Source: Macrostomum lignano (taxonomy: Eukaryota). Taken from it: 64,000 bases of DNA. Shown in pieces: positions 1-11,848 of this stretch. The position numbers were made by a program, and so were the translations under genes. The stretch is taken from positions 1 through 64,000 of the forward strand of contig NIVC01003166.1 in the NCBI GenBank assembly GCA_002269645.1, read 5' to 3'. The notes beneath the pieces were generated by a model that saw only the letters and a list, made by a program, of their open reading frames with translations, searched no databases and was not told where the DNA came from. Numbering within the stretch: the stretch's first letter is position 1; every line of letters starts with the position of its first letter.

Positions 1-1
1 A

Positions 2-3000
2 ACCGGTGAGATAGCAGTCTCGTGTCCCGACCCCAGCTTGTCCTACGAGTTCGGCCTTTCTCAGTACGACTGCCTCATTTGGGACGCTTCCCTAGAGATC
101 TGGACAAAGCCGACAACTGGAGGATCCTGCACTGTTGAAGCGTCTGAAGTGCCAAACCGACCAAGATTTGTCAGCAACCTGTTCGGCAGCCTTGGCGCAG
201 GAATGAACGTGCTGCCGAATCTGATCGATTTTGGTACCTTGTTCGACAATTGGCAGGGCAAACTTGCCGACAGCGCCGCAGTACTTGGCACTGTGGTGGC
301 CTTGTGGGTCATATTCATCCCAATTGCCATCTGGTTGCGCCGCGTGGACAACAAAGATAAGCAAAAGGTGATTTTTAAAACTATGCCAGAGATATCAGCA
401 AGCAGAGTTACAAAAAGGATAAGAAGTGTAAGGACCAAACATAGGACCGAGAGCGGTCATTGTCAGGTCCAACTGACCAAAGCTTCTTGCAAGCAAAACA
501 ATTTTTTATTAATCCATACACTAAAATTTAAACAAATACACTAATTAAGAAATTGAGCAATTTATATTAATCAAAATGAATATTTGGTTTGCTTGAGACT
601 GACTTTGGCAATTTTTCAGAGACCATGACACATTCTTGGTCGTTTTCGTTGTGCATTGGTATTTAAAAACAAACCCTTTCGTTAATTCATCCTAAAATCA
701 CTTTCTGATTTTTTTAAATAATAATATACTATACTACTTGAACTGAAAGCACAACCTTGAAATTACGCTTCATGCAGATCTCTAGTTTAAAAACGCCTCA
801 TTTGCCCTCTGTTCTGATTTTTAGTTCGTGTACCTACCCCTGATCGACGACCAGAAGGAGCAGTTTGTCTACAAAATCGATGTGTACACCGCTAGCGAAA
901 AACGAAAAGGCGGAACGAAAGGCTGTCCAATAATGTCGGTTACTGGCGAGCTTCACAGAGAAGCTCTTCGAGTACTGTCCGACGGAATTCGAGAGGTGAG
1001 CTTATCGAAGTCTGAAATACTATAACCTAAGATCAGTAATCAGTTTGCATGTATCCATTCGTACGGCTGTGATTTTTTGCAGAACTTCAAAGCAGGTGAC
1101 ATAAATCATTTCACAATGACAACACCGAAGCATCTTGGTGACATTCTTGAGATTGAGCTTTCACTGGAAGGTCCAAAAACAGTTACGCCATGGCTTTTAA
1201 GAAGAGTTATTATCACGGACATGTCGTGCAATGTCAGGTATGTTCTCAAATACATGCAAGCATTTGCTTTAACTAGGTTTAACTAAGTATCCTCTATTTT
1301 CAGCTATATCTTCGTCACATCAGAAACGATTCTGCCGCACAAAGAGCCAACTAGCATAGAGCTGGCGAAAAAAGATCAGCTAGCCTATCAGCAGAATTTT
1401 GTGAAGACCAATCTATCAAGAAAGTTTCTGGACGATCACCTTTGGATGTCAGTAGTAAAGCGCAAGACAGACACAAACTTTTCCAGGCTGCAGAGATTCG
1501 GCGTTTGCTTTTGCCTGCTGTTTCTCACTATGATTTCCAATGCCATGTTCTATGGCGTCGGCGAAGGTGGACAGTCAGCCTCGGACACCATCACGATTGG
1601 ACCGATCAAGCTGTCAGTGAACACTCTGTTCACCTCTATGCTGGGTGCCGTAGTCGTTGTGCCCGTGTCAGCTGCTGTTACTATTTTCTTTTTGAAATCG
1701 AAGAAACGCAAATCAGCTAGCGAGTCGGAGGAGCGGAATTCTTCGAAAGAGACTGGTACTGAACAGCAGTCGGATGCGCAGTGCGAATCTATCGATGATA
1801 CGGCAGTCGATCCGGTGAGTACTGTTGAAGCTAAACTTGATTACAGCAGCATAAATTGAAGCGTTTAAAGTTGGTTAATTTTTGAAAAATTGCGTTTAAA
1901 ACACTTTAGAACGACCTGGGAATCGTTATTCGACCTAAAAAATGCGCCGATTTGGAGACGCCAGGCACTGAAGGCGGCATCATTAATCCAGCTAGTACGC
2001 CGCTGGTGCCGCAGCAAAGCGAACTGCCGTCTGCAGGATTCCAGCTGCCGTACTGGTTCCAGTACATCGGCTGGGCCCTTGTTCTGGGCAGTATGCTGGG
2101 GGCCGGCGTGTTTCTCGTCTTCTACGCTATGCAATGGGGCAAAGAGAAGTCGCAGCAATGGCTGCTGTCGTTTGTACTGTCCTTTGTGCAAACTGCCTTT
2201 CTGGTGCAGCCGCTAAAGGTGCGAGTTTAATTAGTTTAAAAAATTATATTACATCATGTTAACATCATGTTTGTGTACCGTCATAGCATACGCATCAAAC
2301 TTTCAAAATGATTGGTACTCAATCATGCGGCGCTATGATGGTCCTGCAGACAGCTTGAAACAGCCTCGTAAACATTACATTTAAACACCGAAGTGATAAT
2401 TTGCTATCGACTTTCACTCTACAGGTGGCGTTAATTGGATTCATCCTGATCGTACTGTTTCGCAAGGACTACGACGTTGAAAACTTCACCCTGATAAGAG
2501 TTCGCTACTTCAATGAAACATTGCAGAGAGGTAGGCGCAACTTATAAGGATCAATGTATATCATATCTTGGTTAATACAGAGTGGGTTATATGCGTATTT
2601 GAAATGCTAGCCAACATCTATATTGAAAAAAAAATGCTGCAATATGTGGTTCTAAAATACTCTTTTCAGAGGGCGTAGCCTTCCTATACGAGCTGGAGGC
2701 GAAAGATCGGCAAAACCCGGTTCGCAAGGCTGCAATCAACGCCACACTGAAGCTGGTCCTCACTGTGCTCTTGCTCCTGCTGCAATACTGCATTTGCTAC
2801 GGCAATATCGACCCGGGAATGTTCCGATTGCACAAAAGTGTCAAGACGCACTTGAACTACGACGATTTTGCGTCTGTGACTGGAACTGCTTCCCAGCTGT
2901 ACAGCATAATAAACTCGAGCATCCTACCTGCTGTGTATCCCAGCTCGGCCACGTTCCTCGTCTCCGATGGGTGCGGCTACCGTCTAAGCAGAGTGTCCGT

Positions 3001-5164
3001 GCGCCAGCTCCGACGGCGTCGCAACCAGAGTCAGTCAGACTTCATCAGGCCTCCGGACGACGAAACTGGCTGCTTCAGTCCTGGCTGGGCAGACGAAACT
3101 CCGTGCAACTTGTCGGCGTCGCTGCTAGCGCAGGCCTTCATGAACCGGCCGGACGGAGCGCCGTACAACGGGCTGCTGGCCGATTATCGCGGCGGCGGCT
3201 TTGTAGCCCTGCTGCCCGACGGTCTGGGCTCCAGTCAAGCTTTTCTCACCGAACTGAAGCGTTTAAACTGGTTGGATTCGCACACTAAACTTGTGGTTAT
3301 TGAGCTTGATCTGTTCTACTCGGATGTGAATTTGTTTACATCAGTTGCTATGGCAACAGAGCTGCAGTCGTTCGGCGGTGCTCAAGCAAGCTCGCAGTTG
3401 CTAAGCACTCGCCTTTACCGCTATGTAGGCGCTGTTGGCGTATTTGCGCTGGTATCAGAAATTCTGGCCGGCATTCTGACTCTGCTGCGCATCGTATTTC
3501 TTCTGGTTCAGCTTTGCGATGGCCGCAAGTTCTGGACTAACTTCGAGAACTGGCTCGACATCGGCGTGATCATCTTCATGGTAATCGCCTGTGCGTTCTA
3601 CGGGCTCCGCACGGCCGGCACTGGCGGCGCACTAGAGGCGGCAATCAACGGAGGCCGGCCGCAGCTGCGCCAGCTGCTACTGCTCAATGAGTTCTTTTTC
3701 TATTCACTCGGATTTTCGAGCTTCCTTCTGCAGCTGTCGCTGCTTGGGCTAATCAAATTCAGCTCCAGTTTGGGTCATTTGTTTGGCACTCTGAAATCGT
3801 CTCTAAGCCACTTGAGCTCGTTTGCCGTCTTCTTCTGTGTGATCTTCTTTGCCTTTTGCTTCTTAATGAACCAGCTGCTTGGTGCAGTGCAGATGGAGTT
3901 CAACTCACCTTTAGGCACCATGTCGACGATGTTCTCAGCCATGTTAGGAAAGTTTGACATGGCCACGGTCAGCAGCCATGGGATGCTTCCAAAGCTGGCC
4001 TTCTCTCTGTACGTCTCCTTTTTGATATTCATCGTTGTCAATCTGTTCGTGGTTATTCTTAACGACAGCTACGAGGGGGCCAAGGACACCGCGCAGGGCG
4101 GCGTCGGTGGCGCGGGCGAATTTCAAATTGTCCAGTTTGTGATGCAGCGACTGCGCGACACGTTCATTTCTAAGGACTCAAGACAGAGCTACAAGGATCA
4201 TGAAGGTTTGCTTTTGCTATTTCTGATTTTAACTTCACCAGCACGTGCAGGTTCATTGTGCTTTCTTTTTGTGCACCACTTTTTTGTATTCTCGTACCAT
4301 TTTCACCCAAACGTTGTGAAGACAGTACGCTCGTAGAACAGTAAATTAAATTGCATGTGACGATAATATAGAGGAACAGTTTTAGCCTTAAACAAAAAAG
4401 CTGATAAGCGGTGGGTGAAAGGTAAAAATTACTTTTTGGCATGCTTAAAGTAATTAACTTGGCAAAAGTTTTACCGTAGTAACGACGCTATGGAGAACGT
4501 ATTGACGTCAAATAAAATATATTTTTTTATGTTCTTTAGGAATAGTCTTTCATAGAAAATCATATTTTAGGTTTGATAGTTTAATATACTACCTTTAGCT
4601 CTGGACGTGTCAAGATCATCTCCGATCCAACGACTGTTACAAGACCACTGTGTGGTAAAGGCTTAAAAGCCTTTCCGGTGGCAAAATCATATTCTCGATT
4701 CCGTAGGCAATCTAGTAAACTGTTTTCAAGTTTTGTTGCATTGCCCGGTAAAGCAGAAATTTTAGCTTTGAGTAAGGTATATATATGACACCAAGTTGTT
4801 AGTGAAATTAGAATTAGCTGCTATTAAATAATGGCAGACACATTTTCTCATATATGAAGCCAAGCACAACACAAAGTTTTTAATTCTAATATTGCGCACA
4901 TTTTGTTTGACTACAATTGCAACAGCATATTTTTCCACTTCAGATCTGGACAGTACAGTGAACCGAATGAGCACTAAGTTTGGCATCATCGATTCGATGC
5001 TCAGCAATTACGAACGATCAGATCGAAAATATGACCGGCAGATCTGCCTGTCAATTACCGAGTCCGCTGCCAGCGACTCGTACAGCTGTAACCGAGACAG
5101 CATTGTCAGCGGCTGCTCGAGACGCGACCTGAGCCAAAGCCCCAGCAAAAGGAATGCCGTGTGA
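2..5164 (+). CDS. Polycystin-1-like (PKD1L-type) protein, 5'-partial: GPS-like region, TM1, PLAT domain, TM segments, PKD channel domain, C-tail
   Basis: Phase-consistent GT-AG exons: <2-367, 825-995, 1083-1237, 1304-1814, ~1958-2218 (acceptor uncertain), 2425-2530, 2670-4205, 4944-5164. Motifs: CLIWD..W..C (GPS), VLPNLIDF, YKIDVYT..GGT (PLAT), DDHLWMSV..FSRLQR..MISNAMFY, WLDSHTKLVVIE, LLSTRLYRY, VNLFVVILNDSY. Confidence 0.9.
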
Positions 5165-7225
5165 ACCGTTGACTGTCACTGGATTCTCCAAATGAAAGAC
5201 GAAAACTCGCCAAAAATAAACATTTTTAAGTGTTCGTTTTAATAGTACAATTTTTTATGCCATCTGAACAAGAATATGAGGGATTGAAACGTTCTAACCA
5301 TCGATAATGTTTACACTGCACAGCTTCTGTGCAGTAGTGTTGAAAGTACGTAAATACATACGCTGTATTAGATTCATATATTCATATATATATTGTCGGC
5401 TGATTTGCTTTGCATTGAGGTGACATATTTACAGTATATATTATCGATGGTTTGAATTTCAAGCAATCAGGTGGATTATGCATGAAACAACGAATGGCGA
5501 TTTTTTAAGTGGCGAATATGATTTTGGAAAACTACAACAAACCCATTTCTATTTTTGAAAGTCTTTTTTGAACAATATTCGATCTACAAAAACTACACGA
5601 ATTGATTGCTTCGTTTGTTATAATTGCCTCACGATTTTTTAGACTTTAATTACTTGTAGCTGTGTGCAGATTGCATCACTATTCGACCAATTAGTCGATC
5701 ACCTCGATTGTGAAGTTTTGTGACATTTTTCCAACATGCCCACGAAATCGTACCTGCTGATGCTTTATTTATTTTTTATACGGTTAGTTATGAATCATGA
5801 TTTATGCCTGAAAAGCTAAGGAAGGCTGGATATAAAATTAACACAGTAAAAAATGGAAAAAATGGAAACGTTCTGTGCTTATCAGGCATCAATCATCTGA
5901 GCCTAAAATAATAATAAATTCCTAATTTTTCCTTTATTTTAAAACAGCTGAAGCCGAAGATGAGATGCTCAGGAAAATTTTGCTTAAACCTTGTTTTCAT
6001 CGGATTTGTACTTTTTTCGAATTCGACTATGCAAAGAATATCATTCTATCGGAGAATATTCACTGTCGCGAAAATTTCTAATATCCATCTGAGTAAAACT
6101 CGAAGTATGGCTGCAGCACGGCTCAACCTTAAGTAGCAGAAATAATTCCCTTAGTGACATATTGTCTTCTATTACAAAGTACTTGAATTTAACTTTAAGA
6201 ATCGGTAAAAGCCGGTCGACTCCGAGGGCAGAACTCGTGGACTTATTACTGACTGCAGCACCACCCGCACCCAAGCCTTCTTACGACACTCTTGGTTTTG
6301 TTTTTTTTTTTAAGTCTCGTGTCTCGTGTCTAGTCTTTTTTTAAGATCGCCGGTCTACTGTAGCAGCAATGGCTTGAGAGAGCCTTGGCGACCGCCCAGA
6401 TGGCCTTGAGTCGAGTTCAGAGCCTAAACTGCAAGCTGTACTCAGCTCAAATATTGAATCATCAAGCATGTACACTCTCTGTGTCTTGGGGGCTGGCCCT
6501 GTTGAATGTGATTCGTACGACAACCCCAAGTCAATTTTCGTGCACCAGCAGCAAATGAGGATGTTTGCCGCGCACGAAATCCAAACTGAGGTCGTGGAAT
6601 TAAAGTCAGACGCGTTTACCACTGAGCTGCTCTGTCCTTCAAGGTGAGTGAACAACTCATGGAATGTTTAGTGCGGCGCGCCGATTGCCCAAACCGGCTT
6701 TTTATGGCACAGGGCGGGAATGCTCTGTAGCCTTTTTAGTGGCGGGGACGCGTTGCAGGAGGGTAAAAGTTCAGCAGGGTAATCTTAACTGTCGCAGCTT
6801 TCGTTCGATTTTCTCGTGCTTCAAAAAAACTTTTTTATAGTCAACTGCAGCACATGTGAAATCAACAGAAGAAGTTTCGATACTGGGAGTTTTGACTAGT
6901 CAATATGTTGTGACAAAAAATAAGATTGTATTTTGAAGACAAAAGCAAGGCTTGAGCTTTCTAAGTGGTTTGGGAATCTGCAACCAAAGCTACATGTCTG
7001 CTTCTTTCTTGCAAACTTTTCCTGGAAAATTAACGTAGAGCCTTCTCAAGACTGCGAAAATAAAGGGAATCATCCTTTCAGTATCATCTTTGCCAGATTT
7101 AGAAAGCAAAGCTTTTGAGAAGAGATATTATTGGAAATATTTAATGAATATTTATGCAAAATATTTACGTTGTCAACACATTCCCGGCTCTAAATAGTAT
7201 TGGTTTTGTCAGCCTAACTGAGAAT

Positions 7226-7487
7226 AAAGCCATCCAAAGTGAGAATCCTGCCTACGCTGACTGCGAAGGGCCTGGCTGCGTGCAGCCTTAGTCTATGGGC
7301 CATAGACCATAAAGGATAAGCAAAGTGATAAAAAGCCATCCAAAGTGAGAATCCTGCCTACGCTGACTGCGAAGGGCCTGGCTGCGTGCAGCCTTAGTCT
7401 ATGGGCCATAGACCATAAAGGATAAGCAAAGTGATAAAAAGCCATCCAATGTGAGAATCCTGCCTACGCTGAATACGAAGGGCCTAG
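7226..7487. repeat. ~105-bp tandem repeat, ~2.5 copies, each full copy with a GTCTATGG-g-CCATAGAC hairpin
   Basis: AAAGCCATCCAA.GTGAGAATCCTGCCTACGCTGA recurs at 7226, 7331 and 7438. Confidence 0.9.
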
Positions 7488-7663
7488 CAGACGACTCTTT
7501 GGGCAGTGCATTGAGGGACGGCTGTTTTAACTCTTTACTTTACTGTACTGTATCATCCAGTGTGTTCCTGTTTCCGTTATTCCGTTTAAGCTATTGGCTA
7601 GTCACATTCTGCTTCCTTACGTTCATTGCTCTTTTTTTGTCTACAGCTGCGGCTTGTAAAAAT

Positions 7664-8431
7664 TTAGTGGCCAAAGATCTCCACTTCGCAGATGTTGATT
7701 GCATTGTCCATCAACAAGCTGACTATTCCGAATTTGCTGCCGAAGGCGTTGCACTGGAAGGTGGCGACGGAGAAGCCCGTCGTCATGTTCACTCGGTAGC
7801 ACTCAGTGCCGTCCACCTTCAGGGAAATCTTTCTCAGTCGATAGCCGCAGCAGTCCAGCCGGTTGTAGATGGTGAGATGCGAGACGAGGACGGGTCGGGA
7901 CAGCTGGGCCTCCCACCAGCCCACCTGACCGTCAGCCATGTGGGTGCAGGATCCATAATCATAGTCCTGGTTTTTATCGCCATGGAATGCTCTTTCGCAA
8001 ACTCCACCCATCTGGACTGAGCCCTGGCTGCAGCCGGTGAAGCTCAGTTTCACTGCGTCTAGATTGCAAATTATAGAATACAACTGCAGGATAAGCGCTG
8101 ACAGAACTGCATATATGTGCATCGTGCTTTCAAACTCACCATCCCTGACGGTGTAAACATCGCAGACACCCGAATTTATCCAGGCGTCACTGTGGAAAGC
8201 ATTGAAGTTGAAAAATCTGCACAGACCCTGCATCAGCCAGCTGAAGGCATAGCAGTCAGATCTCAGACTGCACAGCTCGGTGCATTTCAGCCTGCCGATG
8301 CCAGTCAGAGTCTCCATGGCAACCGGAGTCGAGTTGCTCCTCATTTTGACAGCCCTGAACACAACTCGAGCTGCAATGGGCCCAGACAGCAAAGCTGAGC
8401 AGAGCAGCAAAATCAGATGCCATCTCTGCAT
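7664..8431 (-). CDS. Secreted PAN/Apple-like + F-type lectin (fucolectin/FTP) domain protein
   Basis: ATG at 8431 starts a signal peptide (MQRWHLILLLCSALLSGPIAA). PAN-like C..LC....C.AF......C pattern follows. The C-terminal domain has the exact H-X26-R-X-D-X4-R motif (CTH...NRLDCCGYR) and ends ICEVEIFG. Probable intron 8059-8139. Confidence 0.85.
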   Translation of the reverse strand: MQRWHLILLLCSALLSGPIAARVVFRAVKMRSNSTPVAMETLTGIGRLKCTELCSLRSDCYAFSWLMQGLCRFFNFNAFHSDAWINSGVCDVYTVRDGEFESTMHIYAVLSALILQLYSIICNLDAVKLSFTGCSQGSVQMGGVCERAFHGDKNQDYDYGSCTHMADGQVGWWEAQLSRPVLVSHLTIYNRLDCCGYRLRKISLKVDGTECYRVNMTTGFSVATFQCNAFGSKFGIVSLLMDNAINICEVEIFGH

Positions 8432-8687
8432 TTTTGGCGTTTTTTCAACTTTGACAAAACTGAATTTTGATAAAAAAAATCCTTTTTGTAGCTTGTGAAA
8501 ATGGTCCGCTTCTGCGCACGTGGGATAATCTGATTGGTTTAGCACTCTGTCTCGTTCTGTCCCGGTTTTATTGACGGACTCTTGTGGATTATTGCATAAC
8601 TGGAGCCATCCAAGAGATCAAGGACGGGGGCAGCAATGGGATCAACTACCCGTGGTAAAAAAAATCGTACCGAATGAGGCAAGGGCC

Positions 8688-8748
8688 GGAGCCGTAGCCC
8701 AATGGTCTGATGTGCCAGAGGCCCAGGCTCAATTCCTAGTGGAGTCAC
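8688..8748 (+). mobile_element. tRNA-derived SINE-like head fragment (degenerate)
   Basis: A-box-like TAGCCCAATGG (8695) and B-box-like GGCTCAATTCC (8726); no convincing cloverleaf. Confidence 0.35.
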
Positions 8749-11700
8749 ATGGAATTTGAGGCTAAATTGGAATCTAGGTGGGTCCGCTGCTCGTGCAATT
8801 AACGCTATTGAAGGCCAACCCTCCAGACACAGTGAAGTGTACATGCCTAACGATAAACTAAACGCTGTACACTCCTGTGTGAGTGTGTGCCTGTGCGTAT
8901 GACTGCAGTAGAGGGTATAGAGATGGAGAGGGGAAGGGGTAGAGAGTGAAAATGTGGAGAAGGTTGAGAGGGAGAGGGAGACGGGAACTTTGACTTGGAT
9001 CTTCGATCGTTCAAAATACCAAAACTTCATAAACAAACTTTAGACCGAAGTTTTATAAATCCGAAAATACGATCGAATTATTTGCAGCTTCCTACAGAAA
9101 ACTAAGTTTCATTAACATGAAGCAGAAACTGTTCAGTGTGAATTGAGGTTTGGCTCAGCTAGCAACATATCAGCTTCTTACATTGAAACGAATTGTCACA
9201 TTGCTTTGCGCCAAGAACTGGGAAAGCCATTCTGAAGAGAATTGGCAGTCTCAAAACCACTCACGTCTCTAAAATCCTGGGCTGCCTGGGCCACCCTCTA
9301 TTCCAATGGCTTGGTTAACTGAGATGGATCACGTGGGTCAGCAGAAGTTCGGTCTGCTACGTGTTGAATGTCATGAATATCAGCTTGGGCGAAAAGTTTT
9401 GAACTGAGTTGAAGCAGGCACACGTGCTTGACTTTAGATGCAAGGCTCTGCAAATCTCAGGCCTTGGGTTTTTTGTCGCTGGCTTGCGATAACTTCCTTG
9501 GAATCGGTGGAAATGTGGAAATCCGATATTTCCAAAGGAAGAAGCTAATTATCTCAACAATCTTGACTGCAACTTAATTGCTTAGACGCAGGAAAATCAT
9601 GATTAACCATCCCTATTGCGTTGGAAAGTAGCTTTGGAGCGGTACTGTTAGCCTGACAAACATCAATTGTGTCATTGATCACACACAGGTCGAAGCCACC
9701 GAACAACCCGGTCAGAGTCCAGCCAGAAGACACTCATCTTTACGCTTCTCTTCTTCACCTGAGACGATTTTTTAGGATTGGCGAATACCGAGTTGCTACT
9801 TAATGTGATCTCTGTTAGTTGTGAAACGCTGGTTACTAGAGTAGTCCAAAGAATGGGATATTTTGAATTGCAACAAAAGGGGGGACGCGCCAGGTGCCTT
9901 TTCAGAATCATCAGGATTTGCCAATGTCTGTCTCAGAATTGAGAACAGTAGTCGCTAGCATCTACAAAAGAAGGACAACAGCCTCTTCAAGAATTGAAGA
10001 GCAGCAGTCCCAAACTACTACTAAATACTCGGGACAAGAGACGGCCAAGTCATGCAAAAAAGTTTGGGTCCGATTTTCAGAGTTCTCTGCTGATGGAGTT
10101 TTCGATCTAAGAAAGTCAAATTTTCAGCCTGTTATGCAAAATTTATCCTCATTAACGTCCCGTACTCAGTTTTGTGAGAATTTCAAACGAAAAGATGTGA
10201 AGAAAAGTTTATACAGTAACCCCATATTCCGTATGTAGTAGTCCCTGTCCCAAGCTCTCGGTTGAAGCTTCTCATGAAGATTATCTGAGTCAAGACGAAA
10301 TTTCCATAAAACCAGGGCAAACTCAATCCGACCACACTGGAAGATCGACCTGGGAGAGCTAAGAAACATAATACCCACATTGTTTTGGAATTTATTATAA
10401 ACTGACTACCTAAAGTTGTGGCAAATAATAAAATTACCTCAATTTAACAGTTGATTATCCATGCGATATTGCTCTTGATTGACGTTGATAGAGAAACAGA
10501 GGCCCATCTTGTGTATCAGAGGCCATAGTCCATCTTTAGCTATGGAATCTGCCTTCTACCGGTATTCTGCCAGTGTTTAGTGCACGCTAGGCCTTTCGAT
10601 TAGTAACTAGATTTGCACTGCTTACCATGCCGACCGGAACGGAGATAAAAAATATCTATGGTCAAGTTCTGAGCCCATAGTCTATGGTAAGCACTGCTTA
10701 CCATCCGGATGGAACGGAAGTAAAAAACATTTTGGACCCAGGCTGAAGAGGTAGCCTTAAGACTCCATTGAGGTTCATAAGCGAGCCCTAGCAAGCGGTA
10801 TGGAAGGGTGCAGATGCCAGATGGCAACTGCAGGGAGCTGCAGCCGAGCGGGATTGGCATTGGCGAAAGCAGACACTGAAAGACAGCTGAGCTCACAAAT
10901 CTGTTCCGCTCGTTTAAAAAAACCTCCAGAAATTCTCTGGCAGGAAAAACAGACGAGCGGCTTCGGACAGACGAGTGCATTTAGTACACTCAGCAACATT
11001 TAAAACGCAACACTCTAACTAGAAGAAAAATCAACTCACTCAGAAGAGTCAAAGCGCATAGTCTATGGTTCAAATCGAGCTTCAGAAACGCGTGTAGCTT
11101 CCTCTCGCAAGTAACAGGGCGATGACTATGGACTGTTTTCAGATAGAGTGATCCAGCTGAGAGAGTGTATTTATTAATTATTGGGAATTGAGAGCTGCTT
11201 GAGTTGTCTGAGTGCAAAGTCAGTAGCAACGAAAGTTCAAGAATCAGTTCATCAACAGTTTCAATTGACGTGGTTTCAAAAACGGAAAAACAAAATGTTT
11301 GAGGTAGATTTGCCTTTGAGTATTCGAACAAAGCCGGTTAAGAATAAAAAATCTTAAATAAGAGTCACAGAATGATTATTCGCTTGAGTTTTAAGATACA
11401 TGTATGGACTTTAAAATAGACATACACTTAGTGGTGATGAGAAGTTAGGGAGTACTTAGTTGCAGAGTTATTTAACTCTGATGTCTTGCACTAATTATAA
11501 TGTTCGTATCACTGGTAGTATAGTACGAATATTTGTGAATTATTGAAGTTTAAAAAAAAGTTCAGACGTCTTTTAGAAATCAATCACATTTATATCGACA
11601 GACCATATTTTGTTTAGGGAAAAGTAAGAAATGATGGGTAGACAAAATTAATTTGTGCAACAGAATACAGGTACTCGTATTAATGGTATTTAGAATACCG

Positions 11701-11848
11701 AAATAATGAAATTCATCATGCCTACTACAACCCTTTTATAACCTTACTGTTATGTCCCAAACAAAAGCAACGAGGTTCACAAGAATAATCAGTATTAAAA
11801 AGCTGTCATATTTTGTAAATCCTCACTTCAAAAGCGGTTGTAGTGGCA

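Noticed and set aside
7451-8020. 189-aa plus-strand ORF overlapping the lectin gene
   Set aside because: It is the antisense shadow of the lectin CDS, starts at a GTG within the 105-bp tandem repeat, and has no independent support.
9672-10380. Short ORFs between the two PAN-domain genes
   Set aside because: No recognisable motifs or consistent splice chain.
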